DNA of 64,000 nucleotides from Microcystaceae cyanobacterium (GTDB taxonomy: Bacteria; Cyanobacteriota; Cyanobacteriia; Cyanobacteriales; Microcystaceae). The stretch covers positions 1-64,000 of the forward strand of contig JBGTGT010000115.1 in NCBI GenBank assembly GCA_041746575.1. The letters are read 5' to 3'. The translations under genes and the position numbers were made by a program. Positions 19,203 to 29,982 of the stretch are shown one piece after another; within the stretch, counting starts at the first letter, position 1, and every line of letters starts with the position of its first letter. The notes beneath the pieces were generated by a model, which saw nothing but the letters and a program-made list of their open reading frames with translations, had not been told where the DNA came from and did no database searches.

Positions 19203-19721
19203 TTAATTTTTTTCTCTTTTATGATGCCTTAATAGGCGCAAACTGACCCCATAAGTGAGACAACTGGCAATTAAACCCACTAGAAAAGAGCCCCAAAACA
19301 GTGTAATGCCAAAATCGGTGCCTAAATTAGCTAACTCTGACCAAGAATCCCAGTTTTGGTTAAAATTATTTTGGTCTAAAAATAAGGGAGGTTGACCTAA
19401 AAACCATTGACCGATTTTATAGTTAAAAGCAAAGAGGGGTACATAGGTTAAGGGATTACTAATCCATGTGCCTGCTGCTGCTGCTAATTTACTCCCTTTT
19501 ACCAAAAAGGCCAGGGCAACCCCAATAATGGTTTGTAAGCCAAATAGAGGAAAGCATCCGGCGAAAACGCCCATTGCCAACCCTCTAGCAATGACTTTGG
19601 GGTTTTCTCTTAATCGTACCGCTCGTAGATAAAGATAACGTCCCCATCTTTGCCATATCGGTTGAGAACGGGAACGTTTGATTTTAGTAAAGGAACGCTT
19701 CTTTTTGCACACAGAAATCAT
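19203..19721 (-). CDS. DUF2062-family membrane protein
   Basis: ARGLAMGVFAGCFPLFGLQT and GTWISNPLTYVP motifs. Confidence 0.88.
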   Translation of the reverse strand: MISVCKKKRSFTKIKRSRSQPIWQRWGRYLYLRAVRLRENPKVIARGLAMGVFAGCFPLFGLQTIIGVALAFLVKGSKLAAAAGTWISNPLTYVPLFAFNYKIGQWFLGQPPLFLDQNNFNQNWDSWSELANLGTDFGITLFWGSFLVGLIASCLTYGVSLRLLRHHKREKN

Positions 19722-19889
19722 GGCGGTGATCGGTGAACAGTAAAAAATTACCTAAATTTATTATGTCCTAAAAAAGCAATCTTTACACTTCTTAAAGAGG
19801 AGACAGAGGTATCAACGCCTATGGGATAATATAAAAAATGATCACCTCAGCATTTTAGTCAAATTAACGAGTTAACGAGGATTTACCGA

Positions 19890-20921
19890 ATGAGTCCAAC
19901 GATTGCCAGTTCTCAATCCGACACGGATAATCGCTACACCCTTCCTCCCGAAAATTCTAGAGAACGTGCCAAGAAGATGGTGCTAGACCTACAAGATGAA
20001 ATTTGCGCCGGATTAGAACAATTAGACGGAGAAGCAAAATTTCAGGAAGACAATTGGGAACGAGAAGAAGGGGGAGGAGGGCGCAGTCGAGTCATGTGCA
20101 ATGGCAGGGTTTTTGAACAAGGTGGCGTCAATTTTTCAGAAGTTTGGGGAGATACTTTACCCCTTTCGATTTTAACCCAACGGCCGGAAGCGGCCGGTCA
20201 TCGCTTTTTTGCTACGGGAACCTCGATGGTACTGCATCCCTGTAATCCTTATATTCCGACAGTTCACCTCAATTATCGCTATTTTGAGGCAGGTCCAGTC
20301 TGGTGGTTTGGGGGGGGCATTGATTTGACCCCTTATTATCCCTTTGTGGAGGATGTTAAGCATTTTCACCAAACCCTTAAAGACGCTTGTGATCGCCATC
20401 ATAGTGAATATTATCCCGCTTTTAAGCGGTGGTGTGACGAATATTTCTACCTTAAACACCGTCAAGAAACCCGTGGCGTAGGTGGCATTTTCTTTGATTA
20501 TCAAGATGGCAATGGCCGTTTGTATCGAGGAACAAATCCTGATGGCGAAGCGGCAAAATATAGTGAGAAAGTTGGCAACGTTCGCCAAACATGGGAAGAA
20601 TTATTTGCTTTTGCGCAAAGTTGCGGTAAGGCTTTTTTACCCAGTTATGTTCCCCTTGCAGAGAAGCGTCAAGAGACCGAATACGGTGAACAAGAGCGAA
20701 ATTTCCAACTCTATCGACGGGGACGCTATGTAGAGTTTAATTTAGTTTATGACCGTGGGACGATTTTTGGACTTCAAACCAATGGAAGAACGGAATCCAT
20801 TCTCATGTCTTTACCCCCTCTCGTTCGTTGGCAATATAACTATCATCCCAAAGCGGGGACACGGGAAGCACAACTTTATGATACGTTCCTCAAACCCCAA
20901 GATTGGCTGAATTTCAGTTAA
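19890..20921 (+). CDS. hemF: Oxygen-dependent coproporphyrinogen III oxidase
   Basis: [56 protein letters not shown]. Confidence 0.97.
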   Translation: MSPTIASSQSDTDNRYTLPPENSRERAKKMVLDLQDEICAGLEQLDGEAKFQEDNWEREEGGGGRSRVMCNGRVFEQGGVNFSEVWGDTLPLSILTQRPEAAGHRFFATGTSMVLHPCNPYIPTVHLNYRYFEAGPVWWFGGGIDLTPYYPFVEDVKHFHQTLKDACDRHHSEYYPAFKRWCDEYFYLKHRQETRGVGGIFFDYQDGNGRLYRGTNPDGEAAKYSEKVGNVRQTWEELFAFAQSCGKAFLPSYVPLAEKRQETEYGEQERNFQLYRRGRYVEFNLVYDRGTIFGLQTNGRTESILMSLPPLVRWQYNYHPKAGTREAQLYDTFLKPQDWLNFS

Positions 20922-21021
20922 GATCGTAAAAGTTTTACTATGGGCGGGGTACCATGATTCGTTTCGGTCATTCTACCCTTTAGCCACCCTACCTGAATCT
21001 TACCCTCTACTTTCTACCTTT

Positions 21022-21747
21022 ATGAGTAACGACTTAGCAACACAATTACGGACAGGAACAGCAAAATCTCACACAATGGCCGAAAATACGGCTTTTATGA
21101 AGTGTTTTCTCAAGGGAATCGTCGAACCCGACCCTTTTCGTCAGCTTTTGGCTAATTTTTACTTTGTTTATTCTACCCTAGAAGCCGAATTAGCACGCCA
21201 TCAAGACCATCCCGTTGCTGGTCAGATTTATTTCCCTCAATTGAACCGAAAAGACCAATTAGCGCAAGATTTAGCCCATTATTATGGGGATAATTGGCAA
21301 GATATCATTCAACCCTCTGAAACGGGTAAAACCTATGTCGAACGCCTTAAAACCCTATCAGATACCCAACCCGAATTACTGGTTTCTCATGCTTATGTTC
21401 GTTACTTAGGGGATTTATCGGGAGGACAGGGGTTAAAGCGGATTATCCGTTCTGCGATGGACTTACCTGAAGGAGTCGGCACAAAATTTTATGAATTCAC
21501 AGAATTTCCTGATTTTGATGCTCAAAAAACTTTCAAAATGCAATATCGAGATACCTTAAATGGACTTCCCGTGGATGAAGCGATGGCGCAAAAAATCGTT
21601 GATGAAGCCAATTATGCTTTTGAATTGAACCAAAATATGATGCACGAATTAGAAGGTGCAGTTCAATCAGCGATTGGCGATGCGAAATTTCAAGCAATTA
21701 CGGGGAATAATCAGGCAGGAAGTACCGAAAAGGTCGGACAAGCTTAA
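21022..21747 (+). CDS. ho2: Heme oxygenase, Ho2-type
   Basis: SHTMAENTAFMKCFLKGIVE.DPFRQLLAN, HAYVRYLGDLSGGQ and GSTE tail, closer to cyanobacterial Ho2 than Ho1. Confidence 0.8.
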   Translation: MSNDLATQLRTGTAKSHTMAENTAFMKCFLKGIVEPDPFRQLLANFYFVYSTLEAELARHQDHPVAGQIYFPQLNRKDQLAQDLAHYYGDNWQDIIQPSETGKTYVERLKTLSDTQPELLVSHAYVRYLGDLSGGQGLKRIIRSAMDLPEGVGTKFYEFTEFPDFDAQKTFKMQYRDTLNGLPVDEAMAQKIVDEANYAFELNQNMMHELEGAVQSAIGDAKFQAITGNNQAGSTEKVGQA

Positions 21748-21845
21748 CAAAAGTAGGAGCTGAAAGGCAGAGGAAGATTGAACCAAGAATGATTATTTTC
21801 TAGAGAATTCATCTTTCTCCCATTGGCAATTATTGAGATATAACA

Positions 21846-22310
21846 ATGACTGTACCTAACCCTTTAGTTAAATCAAAATCATTTTATGAACAAGATTTTT
21901 ATGCTTGGTTAGAAACCACTGCTAATTTACTCAAAAAAAAGCAGTTTGAGTCCATAGATTTAGAGAATTTAATTGAAGAAATTGAAGCGATGGGTAGAAG
22001 TGAAAAAAGAGAAATTAAAACCCGTCTGATTACGATTATTAAACATCTTCTCAGGTTAAAATACTGGCAATCTACCTTAGATTATAATGCCAGAGGGTGG
22101 CGCAACACGGTGATAGAACAGCGAGAAAAACTGATCTTCGTTTTAGAAGATAGCCCCAGTTTGAGACAAGAATTAGAGTCCTTTTTCTTAGAGGGATATC
22201 AAAAAACAGTTCAAAAAATTATTCAGAAATATGATCTCCCTTCCTCAATGTTTCCTGCTGAATCTCCTTTTTCCTTAACTAATATTATCGATTCCGATTA
22301 TCAGTTTTAG
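21846..22310 (+). CDS. DUF29-family protein
   Basis: YEQDFYAW, DLENLIEEIEAMGRSEKRE, LEDSPSL motifs. Confidence 0.92.
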   Translation: MTVPNPLVKSKSFYEQDFYAWLETTANLLKKKQFESIDLENLIEEIEAMGRSEKREIKTRLITIIKHLLRLKYWQSTLDYNARGWRNTVIEQREKLIFVLEDSPSLRQELESFFLEGYQKTVQKIIQKYDLPSSMFPAESPFSLTNIIDSDYQF

Positions 22311-22362
22311 ATTTCAGAAAGTACAAAAAGATCTGAGAGGCGGATTAATTATAACGATAACT

Positions 22363-25300
22363 TTACGGTTGACTTACGCCTAATTTCCCACAAAAAGGCA
22401 ATATTTCTTGTTTTTCAGGATGGGTAACCAAATAATCTTGTAACCAGTTACATCCCTGCTGTAAAAGTTCTGTAAGATGTTCATATTCTCCTTCCACTGG
22501 CCATCGTTTAATAGTGCCATTACTGTTAATCGTCATCATTTGTTGACCGTGAGGACGAAACGCAATGTCGATAATTTCCTTATCCTTATCCTTGTACTCG
22601 CCTCGTAAATTCCCTTTAATGTCCCATAATCGAGTCGTTCCATCACTTGACCCCGTGGCAATCTGTTGACCATCAGGACTAAACTGAATGGAAGATACCG
22701 GAAACAAATCCCCTTGTAAGGTTTTGACTAATTTTCCTTCTAAATCCCATAATTTAGCGGTACCATCCCGTGAGGCGGTCAATACCAACTGACCATCGGG
22801 ACTAAACTGAACTTGCGTAACAATATCATCGTGGCCGCTTAATTCGGTCTGTAAATTCCCTTGTAAATCCCAGATTTTACCCGTTTTATCTTGGGAAACT
22901 GTGGCAATTCTCGCTCCTTTGGGGTCAAAAGCTACGCCGTACACACGGTCATCATGAGCATTAATCACTTGTAATGTTTGTTGAGATTGAATATTCTCGA
23001 TCCATACCTTGCCATCTTTGGCCGCGATCGCTAATAATTGTCCATCAGGACTCATATCGACTCCGTAAACCCTCGACCCATTGCCGGCAAATTTAGCAAT
23101 TTCTCGACCTTTTAGATCCCATAACTGAGTGATGCCATCTCCAGCGGCTGACGCTAGTATTTTCCCCTCTTGACTAAAGCGGAGATCATAAATCCAACTA
23201 TGGTCTGTTTCCCATTGTCGCAAAAATTGACCTTTTTCGTCCCAGAGGGAAAGATTTCCACCTTCCGTCGCCATGGCTATCATCCCTTGAGCTGCATTCA
23301 TTGTCCCGTCAGTAACACGACGATTAACCGTTGAGACTTCATTTTGCGAGGGTGTCCCTAAATCCCACTGCTTCACTAATCCATCTTGAGAAACAGTAAA
23401 CACTTGTTGTTCTCGTATCACGACATCACTAACCGGTTCTTGACTAACCGATAAAATGGCAACAGCATGACCCTTATTATCCCAAATTCTAGCTGTTCCG
23501 TCACTGGATGCTGAAACCAGATAATTTCCATCAGCACTAAAGCGAACTCGAAAGACAGACTTTTGGTGGCCTTGTAAAGTTTGTAATTGCTTTGTTCGGA
23601 TCGTCCATACTTTCACCGTTCCATCTTTAGCGGCGGCCGCAATTTTTTCACCGTTGGGATGCAAGGCAACACTGTATAAAGGGGTGTTATTTGCGCTAAA
23701 AGTCGCCAGTAATTTGCCGTTTAAATCCCATAATCTTGCAGTTCCATCCCTCGAAGCGGTGGCGATCTGTTTTCCATCCGCACTAAAAACCGCATCATCC
23801 ACTGATTTTGTATGACCTTGTAATAGGGCAATCGTTTCCCCTGCTAAATTCCAGATTCTCGCAGTTTGGTCTTGGGACGCTGTCGCCAATAATTGAGCAT
23901 CTGGACTAAAAGATAGGCGATAAACCGCTTTTTGATGCCCTTTAAAGGTTCTTAATAACTTCCCTGACAAATCATATAACTTTGCTGTGCCATCATCCGA
24001 GGCAATCGCCAAGGTTTGACCCGTGGGACTAAAGGTGACATCATAAAGCAAGTTAGGGGTTTGCGTCAAAATACCCTGAAGACGACCTTGCTGATGCCAT
24101 AACTTCACACTGCCATCCCAAGCCGTTGTCGCAAAAATTTGACCGTCGGGACGGAGACTGATGGCGGTGATAGTATCTTGATGAGCTTCTATATTATTTC
24201 TTAGTTTAATATTATTTAAAATTTGCTGTAGTGCCAAAATAGGCGTTGTCGTCGGATAATCTTCTAAGGTAAGGTCGGGACTCACTAAGGATTTTAGGTC
24301 GTTTCCAGCTTGCAAAGCAGAAATTAGGCTATTGATTTGATTGAATTGAAAATTTTCTAGAGAATTATTTGCTTCTGTCTGAATTTCTGTTCCTCTTTGG
24401 GAAATTCTTGCTTTTCGTTCTGCCCCAAAAAAACTTACCAAAGAAAGAAGAAGAAAACTAATCCCTAAAATATAACTAATTCTAATAAATCGTTTCGCTT
24501 TACGATTGGCTTCTGCTAAAATTTCATTACTTTGATCAATATCTCTTCTTTCTAAGGTTTGACTATCATTTAAAAAGCGATAATCAACAGAACTTAAATT
24601 TTTGTCCTTTGACCAAAATAAGGCATCTTGTAAGGCATTTCCCCGCAATAAACGGGATCTATCCTGACAGTTTGAGGCAATCCAAGCATCAATGGCTTCA
24701 GAATAAGGACGAATTTTTTCTAATTGTTGATTAACCCAATTTAGGTTAAAAACACTCTGATAAATTTGATTATAAGGAACGAGGTTATCTTGTTGTTTAA
24801 CCACTAACCCCGATAGTCTTAATTCGGTTTGTTCGGGGCTATCGTCTGCTTTAATAAATCCTTCCTGTAAAATATGTTGATAAATTCCTAATAATCTCCC
24901 TGCTTTTTGCTCCAGTCGAAATAAGCGATCTCGAATGGTTCTTAGGTGAACAGGCTCATCTTGAGATTCCCAATGATTAATAATATTTTTTTGAATCATT
25001 TTTTCAATAAATTTTTTTTCATCATTTGGCAAAATATTTTGTTTATGACTTAACAATAAATCACAGACCTTTTGCGTCAAAAAAGGTTGGCCTCCCGTCC
25101 AATACAAAATTTCTTGCAAAACCCTTTTAGGGTGATCTAAAAGAGAAAACAATCCCTGTTCTAGAGGTTCAGTTTCTGATAAGGTAAATCCCGTTAATTC
25201 AATGGCTGTTCCAATATTAAAAGGCGTTTGAGTTTTATCCCGAATCAAATCAGAAGGCGTAGCAACCCCAAATAAGGCAAAGGTTAAACGATAATAACGT

Positions 25301-25863
25301 TCATCTTCTGCTCGTTGATTATAACAATAACGAATTAAGGTAAAAAAATCGTCTGAAGAAAACGGTAAGCTTAAAACTTTATCAATTTCATCGATAAAAA
25401 TAAAAATCTTTTCTTGAAAACAATATTCTAAGATAACCTCTTCTAAAAAGTCTCTTAATTTTTGAATAGGAGAGACTTCTTCTCGTTCTTTGAGCCAAGC
25501 TTTGAGATTTATTTTACCCACTAAATTCAAGCCTAAAAACAACTGAGAAATTAAACCTCCATACCACTGAGATTGACTAATATCACTGCCTAAACTGCTA
25601 ATATCAACTGAAGTACAGGCCATTCTTTTTTCTTGTAATTGGTGCATGGCTTGCACTCTTAAACTCGATTTTCCCATCTGACGACAGTTGAAAACATAAC
25701 AGAATTTACCTTGTTCTAATGCGTTTAAAAGGTTTTTATCTGCACTTCTTTTCACATAAGTCGGGTGATTAAACGATAAGCTTCCGCCGACTTTATAATT
25801 GTATTGAGATTGATTTATCGTCATAGCGTCAAATGCGTGATGGGGATTATTAAGGTTTGGCAA
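22363..25863 (-). CDS. AAA_35 (AAA-like) NTPase with TM helix and WD40 repeats
   Basis: YKVGGSL, RQMGKSSL, IFIDEID, TPFNIG, WTGGQPFLTQ; TM near aa 465-480; many GH...WD repeats. Confidence 0.9.
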   Translation of the reverse strand: MPNLNNPHHAFDAMTINQSQYNYKVGGSLSFNHPTYVKRSADKNLLNALEQGKFCYVFNCRQMGKSSLRVQAMHQLQEKRMACTSVDISSLGSDISQSQWYGGLISQLFLGLNLVGKINLKAWLKEREEVSPIQKLRDFLEEVILEYCFQEKIFIFIDEIDKVLSLPFSSDDFFTLIRYCYNQRAEDERYYRLTFALFGVATPSDLIRDKTQTPFNIGTAIELTGFTLSETEPLEQGLFSLLDHPKRVLQEILYWTGGQPFLTQKVCDLLLSHKQNILPNDEKKFIEKMIQKNIINHWESQDEPVHLRTIRDRLFRLEQKAGRLLGIYQHILQEGFIKADDSPEQTELRLSGLVVKQQDNLVPYNQIYQSVFNLNWVNQQLEKIRPYSEAIDAWIASNCQDRSRLLRGNALQDALFWSKDKNLSSVDYRFLNDSQTLERRDIDQSNEILAEANRKAKRFIRISYILGISFLLLSLVSFFGAERKARISQRGTEIQTEANNSLENFQFNQINSLISALQAGNDLKSLVSPDLTLEDYPTTTPILALQQILNNIKLRNNIEAHQDTITAISLRPDGQIFATTAWDGSVKLWHQQGRLQGILTQTPNLLYDVTFSPTGQTLAIASDDGTAKLYDLSGKLLRTFKGHQKAVYRLSFSPDAQLLATASQDQTARIWNLAGETIALLQGHTKSVDDAVFSADGKQIATASRDGTARLWDLNGKLLATFSANNTPLYSVALHPNGEKIAAAAKDGTVKVWTIRTKQLQTLQGHQKSVFRVRFSADGNYLVSASSDGTARIWDNKGHAVAILSVSQEPVSDVVIREQQVFTVSQDGLVKQWDLGTPSQNEVSTVNRRVTDGTMNAAQGMIAMATEGGNLSLWDEKGQFLRQWETDHSWIYDLRFSQEGKILASAAGDGITQLWDLKGREIAKFAGNGSRVYGVDMSPDGQLLAIAAKDGKVWIENIQSQQTLQVINAHDDRVYGVAFDPKGARIATVSQDKTGKIWDLQGNLQTELSGHDDIVTQVQFSPDGQLVLTASRDGTAKLWDLEGKLVKTLQGDLFPVSSIQFSPDGQQIATGSSDGTTRLWDIKGNLRGEYKDKDKEIIDIAFRPHGQQMMTINSNGTIKRWPVEGEYEHLTELLQQGCNWLQDYLVTHPEKQEILPFCGKLGVSQP

Positions 25864-26065
25864 AATGATTCTCGCAACTAGCCTCCTGTAAAGATTATAA
25901 GCTTTACCCTATAAAACTGAAGAACCACCCCTTCACTGGGTCTGAATAAGATATTCTTAATCCTGAATATTTACCTGATGATACCCATTAATGCGGCTAT
26001 TTGTGATGCTATGGAGTGTAGAATCAGTAATTGATTAGAAATTGTGCAGACCTGTAAATAAGCTC

Positions 26066-27037
26066 TTAACGACTCACTATTAAAATCCATTCTCCTTGAA
26101 CTTCAACTACTATATTACCGCTCAAAGAAGACGTCTTACTTCGATTCGGAGCAAAAATTAAATTCACTACCGCTTCAATTTGCTCAAAATTGGGTTTCTT
26201 GGCTAAATACTGTCCTAAAAATTGGCGTATTATTCGCCGTTGTATCGCTAAAGGGACGTTTTTTAATAACGTTCGATTCAATCTTTTTTCATCCTTTGAG
26301 AGTACCTTAACTAACCCTTGAGAAGCGATTAATTCTAAATATTCAACTTCTGCCTGCAAAATTTCCGCCGTTTGATTCAAAACTGTTTCCACTTGAGGAT
26401 TTAGGTGAGTTTTCACATAGGGAATTACTTCTTTTCTAAGACGATTTCGAGCATATTTTAAATCATGATTTACCCTATCTTCCCAAATTGGTAACTGAAA
26501 CTGCTGACAAAATTCCCAAGTTTGCTGACGAGAAACCGCTAATAAAGGGCGAACTAAGCTAATATCAGGAGTTAACGGTCGATGCCACGTTAAAGCTTGC
26601 ATTCCGTCCATCCCCGATCCCCTAATTAAATTATAAAGGAGCGTTTCACTGCGATCGCTTTGGGTATGAGCCACTGCCACTGCTTGAAATGCTCCCTCCA
26701 TTGCCATCTCAATTAACGCCTGATAACGCCATTTTCGAGCTTCTGCCTCTTTTTCTTTGAGACCAATAGCATTTTTGACGTAAAACGGTATTCGGAAGCT
26801 GTCAGACACTTTTTTAACGTGATCCGCCATTCCAGCATCCCATTGCCAACCGTGATCACAATGGGCAACCCCTAGCTTCCATCCCCATTTTGACTGTAAA
26901 TCAGCCAATAACTTAAGTAAGCAGAGAGAATCTTGCCCTCCAGATACAGCAACTAAGACAGAAGTCTGCTTGGGTAACAAGACTCGTTGACGCAGGGTAG
27001 TATGAATCAAAGCATGCAGTAACGTCCAGTCAGTCAA
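26066..27037 (-). CDS. tilS: tRNA(Ile)-lysidine synthetase
   Basis: AVSGGQDS PP-loop, AHTQSDRSET, RPLL, YARNRLR. Confidence 0.95.
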   Translation of the reverse strand: MTDWTLLHALIHTTLRQRVLLPKQTSVLVAVSGGQDSLCLLKLLADLQSKWGWKLGVAHCDHGWQWDAGMADHVKKVSDSFRIPFYVKNAIGLKEKEAEARKWRYQALIEMAMEGAFQAVAVAHTQSDRSETLLYNLIRGSGMDGMQALTWHRPLTPDISLVRPLLAVSRQQTWEFCQQFQLPIWEDRVNHDLKYARNRLRKEVIPYVKTHLNPQVETVLNQTAEILQAEVEYLELIASQGLVKVLSKDEKRLNRTLLKNVPLAIQRRIIRQFLGQYLAKKPNFEQIEAVVNLIFAPNRSKTSSLSGNIVVEVQGEWILIVSR

Positions 27038-27176
27038 TTCGATTTTGGGTTATTTTTGATAGTTTCCATGTGCCCGTTAAAGAAAGCAGGATATAAAAGG
27101 TAATCAGCAGAAAAAACGAAGAATCTAGCCTAATTCTGACGGTAACTCAAACGCTTCTCTTCTGCCTCCTACTTGT

Positions 27177-28199
27177 TTAAAAAAACCAACCATAGGAATG
27201 TAAACCCTTTCCAAGCAAATTTACACCTAAATAGCAAACCCAGACGACGACAAAGCCACTAGCCGCTAAAATCGCCGGTTTACGCCCTTGCCATCCTTTG
27301 GTAATACGAGCGTGAAGATAGGCGGCAAACACTAACCATGTGATTAATGCCCACGTTTCTTTGGGATCCCAACTCCAATAAGACCCCCATGCTTCATTCG
27401 CCCATACCCCTCCGGCAATGATACCAATGGTTAACAGAGGAAATCCAAGACCAATGATACGGTAGCTAATATTATCAAGCGTTTCCGCTAATGTTAACTT
27501 TTGAGGTGATAATTCCACCACTTGCGCTAATTTTTCTGTTTTCTTGCCGTTTAAAACTGCAACATTGCCCCCACCGTTGTTATCATTCACCGTAGAAAAA
27601 GCCTCGTCAGGAGACGAGAAGGAAGATTCGGGAGTGCTAGAATACCTCTGAAGGCGATAACTGCCGGTTCCGACTGAACTGCCCCGTAATTCCACCGTTT
27701 GACCTCTGGTGACGATCAAAAAAGCGATCGCTAAAAGAGAACCCACCATTAAGGCGGCATAACTCAGCATCATTACGCTAACGTGCATCATTAACCAGTT
27801 TGATTTTAAGGCAGGAACAAGAGGAGCAGAGCTTTGCATATCAGAAGGCAAGGTTAACGCCGCAAAAGCCGTAATTCCCATCGCAACTGGCGTTGTTACC
27901 GTCCCTACTAAGCGACTACCACTCATTTTCTCGGCAATAAGATGAACTGCCGTAATCCCCCATGCAAGGAAGAAAAGAGATTCATAAAGGTTACTAATGG
28001 GAAAATATCCAGCTTCTATCCATCGGGCAACTAATAACCCAGCAATAGAAAGATTAGCAATGCCTACGCCTGTTGTACCGAGCTTGGGTAAGTAAGCCAG
28101 ATTTGGAAAGGCAGCACCTGCCCAATAAATAAGCATTGTCACAAATAAGACTAAAAATGAAGTATTATCTAAAAAATTTTCGAGGGTAACTAAGTTCAT
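27177..28199 (-). CDS. ccsA: System II cytochrome c biogenesis protein (CcsA/ResC; CcsB in some nomenclatures)
   Basis: [18 protein letters not shown] domain [23 protein letters not shown]. Confidence 0.95.
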   Translation of the reverse strand: MNLVTLENFLDNTSFLVLFVTMLIYWAGAAFPNLAYLPKLGTTGVGIANLSIAGLLVARWIEAGYFPISNLYESLFFLAWGITAVHLIAEKMSGSRLVGTVTTPVAMGITAFAALTLPSDMQSSAPLVPALKSNWLMMHVSVMMLSYAALMVGSLLAIAFLIVTRGQTVELRGSSVGTGSYRLQRYSSTPESSFSSPDEAFSTVNDNNGGGNVAVLNGKKTEKLAQVVELSPQKLTLAETLDNISYRIIGLGFPLLTIGIIAGGVWANEAWGSYWSWDPKETWALITWLVFAAYLHARITKGWQGRKPAILAASGFVVVWVCYLGVNLLGKGLHSYGWFF

Positions 28200-28301
28200 A
28201 TCTTCTCAATGTACTGAACGGGTCATCTTCTGTCGATCATATCCCACTTCTGAATCCCTCCTCATTTCGAATTTTGTCGTTGACATGGATCACATTCTGC
28301 C

Positions 28302-28327
28302 AAAAAAAGGAGGCTCAGCATTCCTCC
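28302..28327 (-). terminator. Intrinsic terminator after the PEP-CTERM gene
   Basis: GGAGG/CCTCC stem followed by T7 on the minus strand. Confidence 0.55.
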
Positions 28328-28357
28328 CATTTTGCTTCAAGATGATTAATATCTAAA

Positions 28358-29161
28358 TTATGAATCGGTTTTTCGACGTTTTAGCCCGAAGCTTAACGCA
28401 CACATACTAATAATGCCAACGAGGGAGGAAGATTCGGGAACATCCTGCGGATTAGGATTGGGGGGAGTAACAATTCGTTGAACCTTAGCGGCGATCGCTC
28501 CTTGGTACTCATCGAAACCGGCTAACTGAACGATAAAACCGCGCTCAAGGGGATTGGGCAAATTGTTAGGATTATTGGTTGAAAAAGCAGGTTGAGGATA
28601 AACAACGGCATTGAGATAGCTTTGGTTAAAATTACCAATCGCTTCAGCACTAATACTATCCCAACCAGCCGTAACTGCCGTGTTTCTGACAGCAACTGGA
28701 TCGCCGCTAGAAAAACCATCCGTTGTAATATTGATCAAACTGCTATCCCCGAAACCCACACCGGAAACTAAGGACGTCAGCAAGGCAACACCCGAACCGA
28801 TGTTAGTGTTGCCTCCGCTGTAAGGATCATTGATAATGGCGGCTTTTACGCCTGCTAGTGTACTGGCATCCAGAATCGTCGGGCTAACAATCGTGCTAGC
28901 AGAAGAATCAAACGATACAACCGAAACTCGATATTGATTAATCCCTGTCAGTGGGATCAAGTCGAGGGCATTTGCTAAACCCTGTTTAACAAGATTGTAG
29001 TTATTGGAACCCACACTGCCCGATTCATCGAGGGCAAAACCGAGATCAATAATCGCTGACTGAGCGGCACCTGCACTTAAAACGAGACAAATGGCGGCTA
29101 AAGGAAGAGAAGATGTCCACTTTGGGTAGCTGATCCTAAGAAAAGATAAGGAATGAATCAT
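28358..29161 (-). CDS. Exported VWA-domain protein with PEP-CTERM-type sorting signal
   Basis: Signal peptide (AAQS); MIDAS DESGS, T and ITTDG; C-terminal VPESS-hydrophobic-KRRK. Confidence 0.85.
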   Translation of the reverse strand: MIHSLSFLRISYPKWTSSLPLAAICLVLSAGAAQSAIIDLGFALDESGSVGSNNYNLVKQGLANALDLIPLTGINQYRVSVVSFDSSASTIVSPTILDASTLAGVKAAIINDPYSGGNTNIGSGVALLTSLVSGVGFGDSSLINITTDGFSSGDPVAVRNTAVTAGWDSISAEAIGNFNQSYLNAVVYPQPAFSTNNPNNLPNPLERGFIVQLAGFDEYQGAIAAKVQRIVTPPNPNPQDVPESSSLVGIISMCALSFGLKRRKTDS

Positions 29162-29333
29162 TTTTTGACCTTGTATTTCAGAGTAGTAATTGTGTAAGTA
29201 AAATCTATCAAATGTATGTTACGAGAGGATTTCTTATTTGTCAAGATTATTGCGTAGGTAAAAGTTCGGGTCTATGCCTTAAGCGTTGGATATTATTACA
29301 TACGAGTTAAGTTAAGAATTGTAACAATATTGA

Positions 29334-29475
29334 TAGGGGCGCAAGGTTTACGCCCAATGCACCCAAAAAGATCCATGATTGAGCGGGTTGCGCCCAATGC
29401 ACCCAAAAAGATCCATGATTGAGCGGTTTGCGCCCAAAAAGATACATGGTTGATCGGGTTGCACCCAGAGATGTA
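29334..29475. repeat. REP-like palindrome followed by a 40/40/31-bp tandem repeat
   Basis: taggggcgcaaggtttacgccc, then cgcccaatgcacccaaaaagatccatgattgagcggKttg at 29351-29390 and 29391-29430 (1 mismatch), a 31-bp unit at 29431-29461, and a decayed fourth start. Confidence 0.9.
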
Positions 29476-29532
29476 CGATATAAAAATTAGTCTATGCTGA
29501 AATCGAAAATATACAGAATTTTAAGATAAACC

Positions 29533-29982
29533 ATGCCAAATTCAGCAATTTTACCCGCCATCAGTCACCTTTTTTTTCTGATTTTTGCTCAATTCTCTCT
29601 CAATTTAACGCCTAATCAAATCCAGCAATTGGAACAATTTGACAGACATCGTCCTGTAACCAATACAGGTTCCTTGCTCGGTTATCTAATCATGGCTTAT
29701 TTTGCATGGACAATCTTTAAAAAGTTAAATGTTGAAAGGGCTTGGTTTGCATGGATTCCCATTTTAGGATTTTATATTACCCTTGTGGCAGGAGATGAAG
29801 AAAATCCAATTCTTTGGACGATTTTACTCTTTATTCCCTGTATTAATATTATCGCTATCTTTATGTTTATCAAAGCTTGGAGCAAAATTTGTCAAAAATT
29901 GGGTAAATCGCCTTGGTTACTGTTGCTCTGTGTGATTCCTTGTATCAATTTTCTCGTTTTAGCTTATCTTGCTTTTGGTTAA
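29533..29982 (+). CDS. DUF5684-like membrane protein
   Basis: WTIFKKLN..AWFAWIPI, duplicated IPCIN motif, LGKS, YLAFG. Confidence 0.7.
   Translation: MPNSAILPAISHLFFLIFAQFSLNLTPNQIQQLEQFDRHRPVTNTGSLLGYLIMAYFAWTIFKKLNVERAWFAWIPILGFYITLVAGDEENPILWTILLFIPCINIIAIFMFIKAWSKICQKLGKSPWLLLLCVIPCINFLVLAYLAFG

Noticed and set aside
29351..29461. Possible CRISPR mini-array
   Set aside because: Units are contiguous near-identical tandem copies without unique spacers, and no cas genes are in the window.
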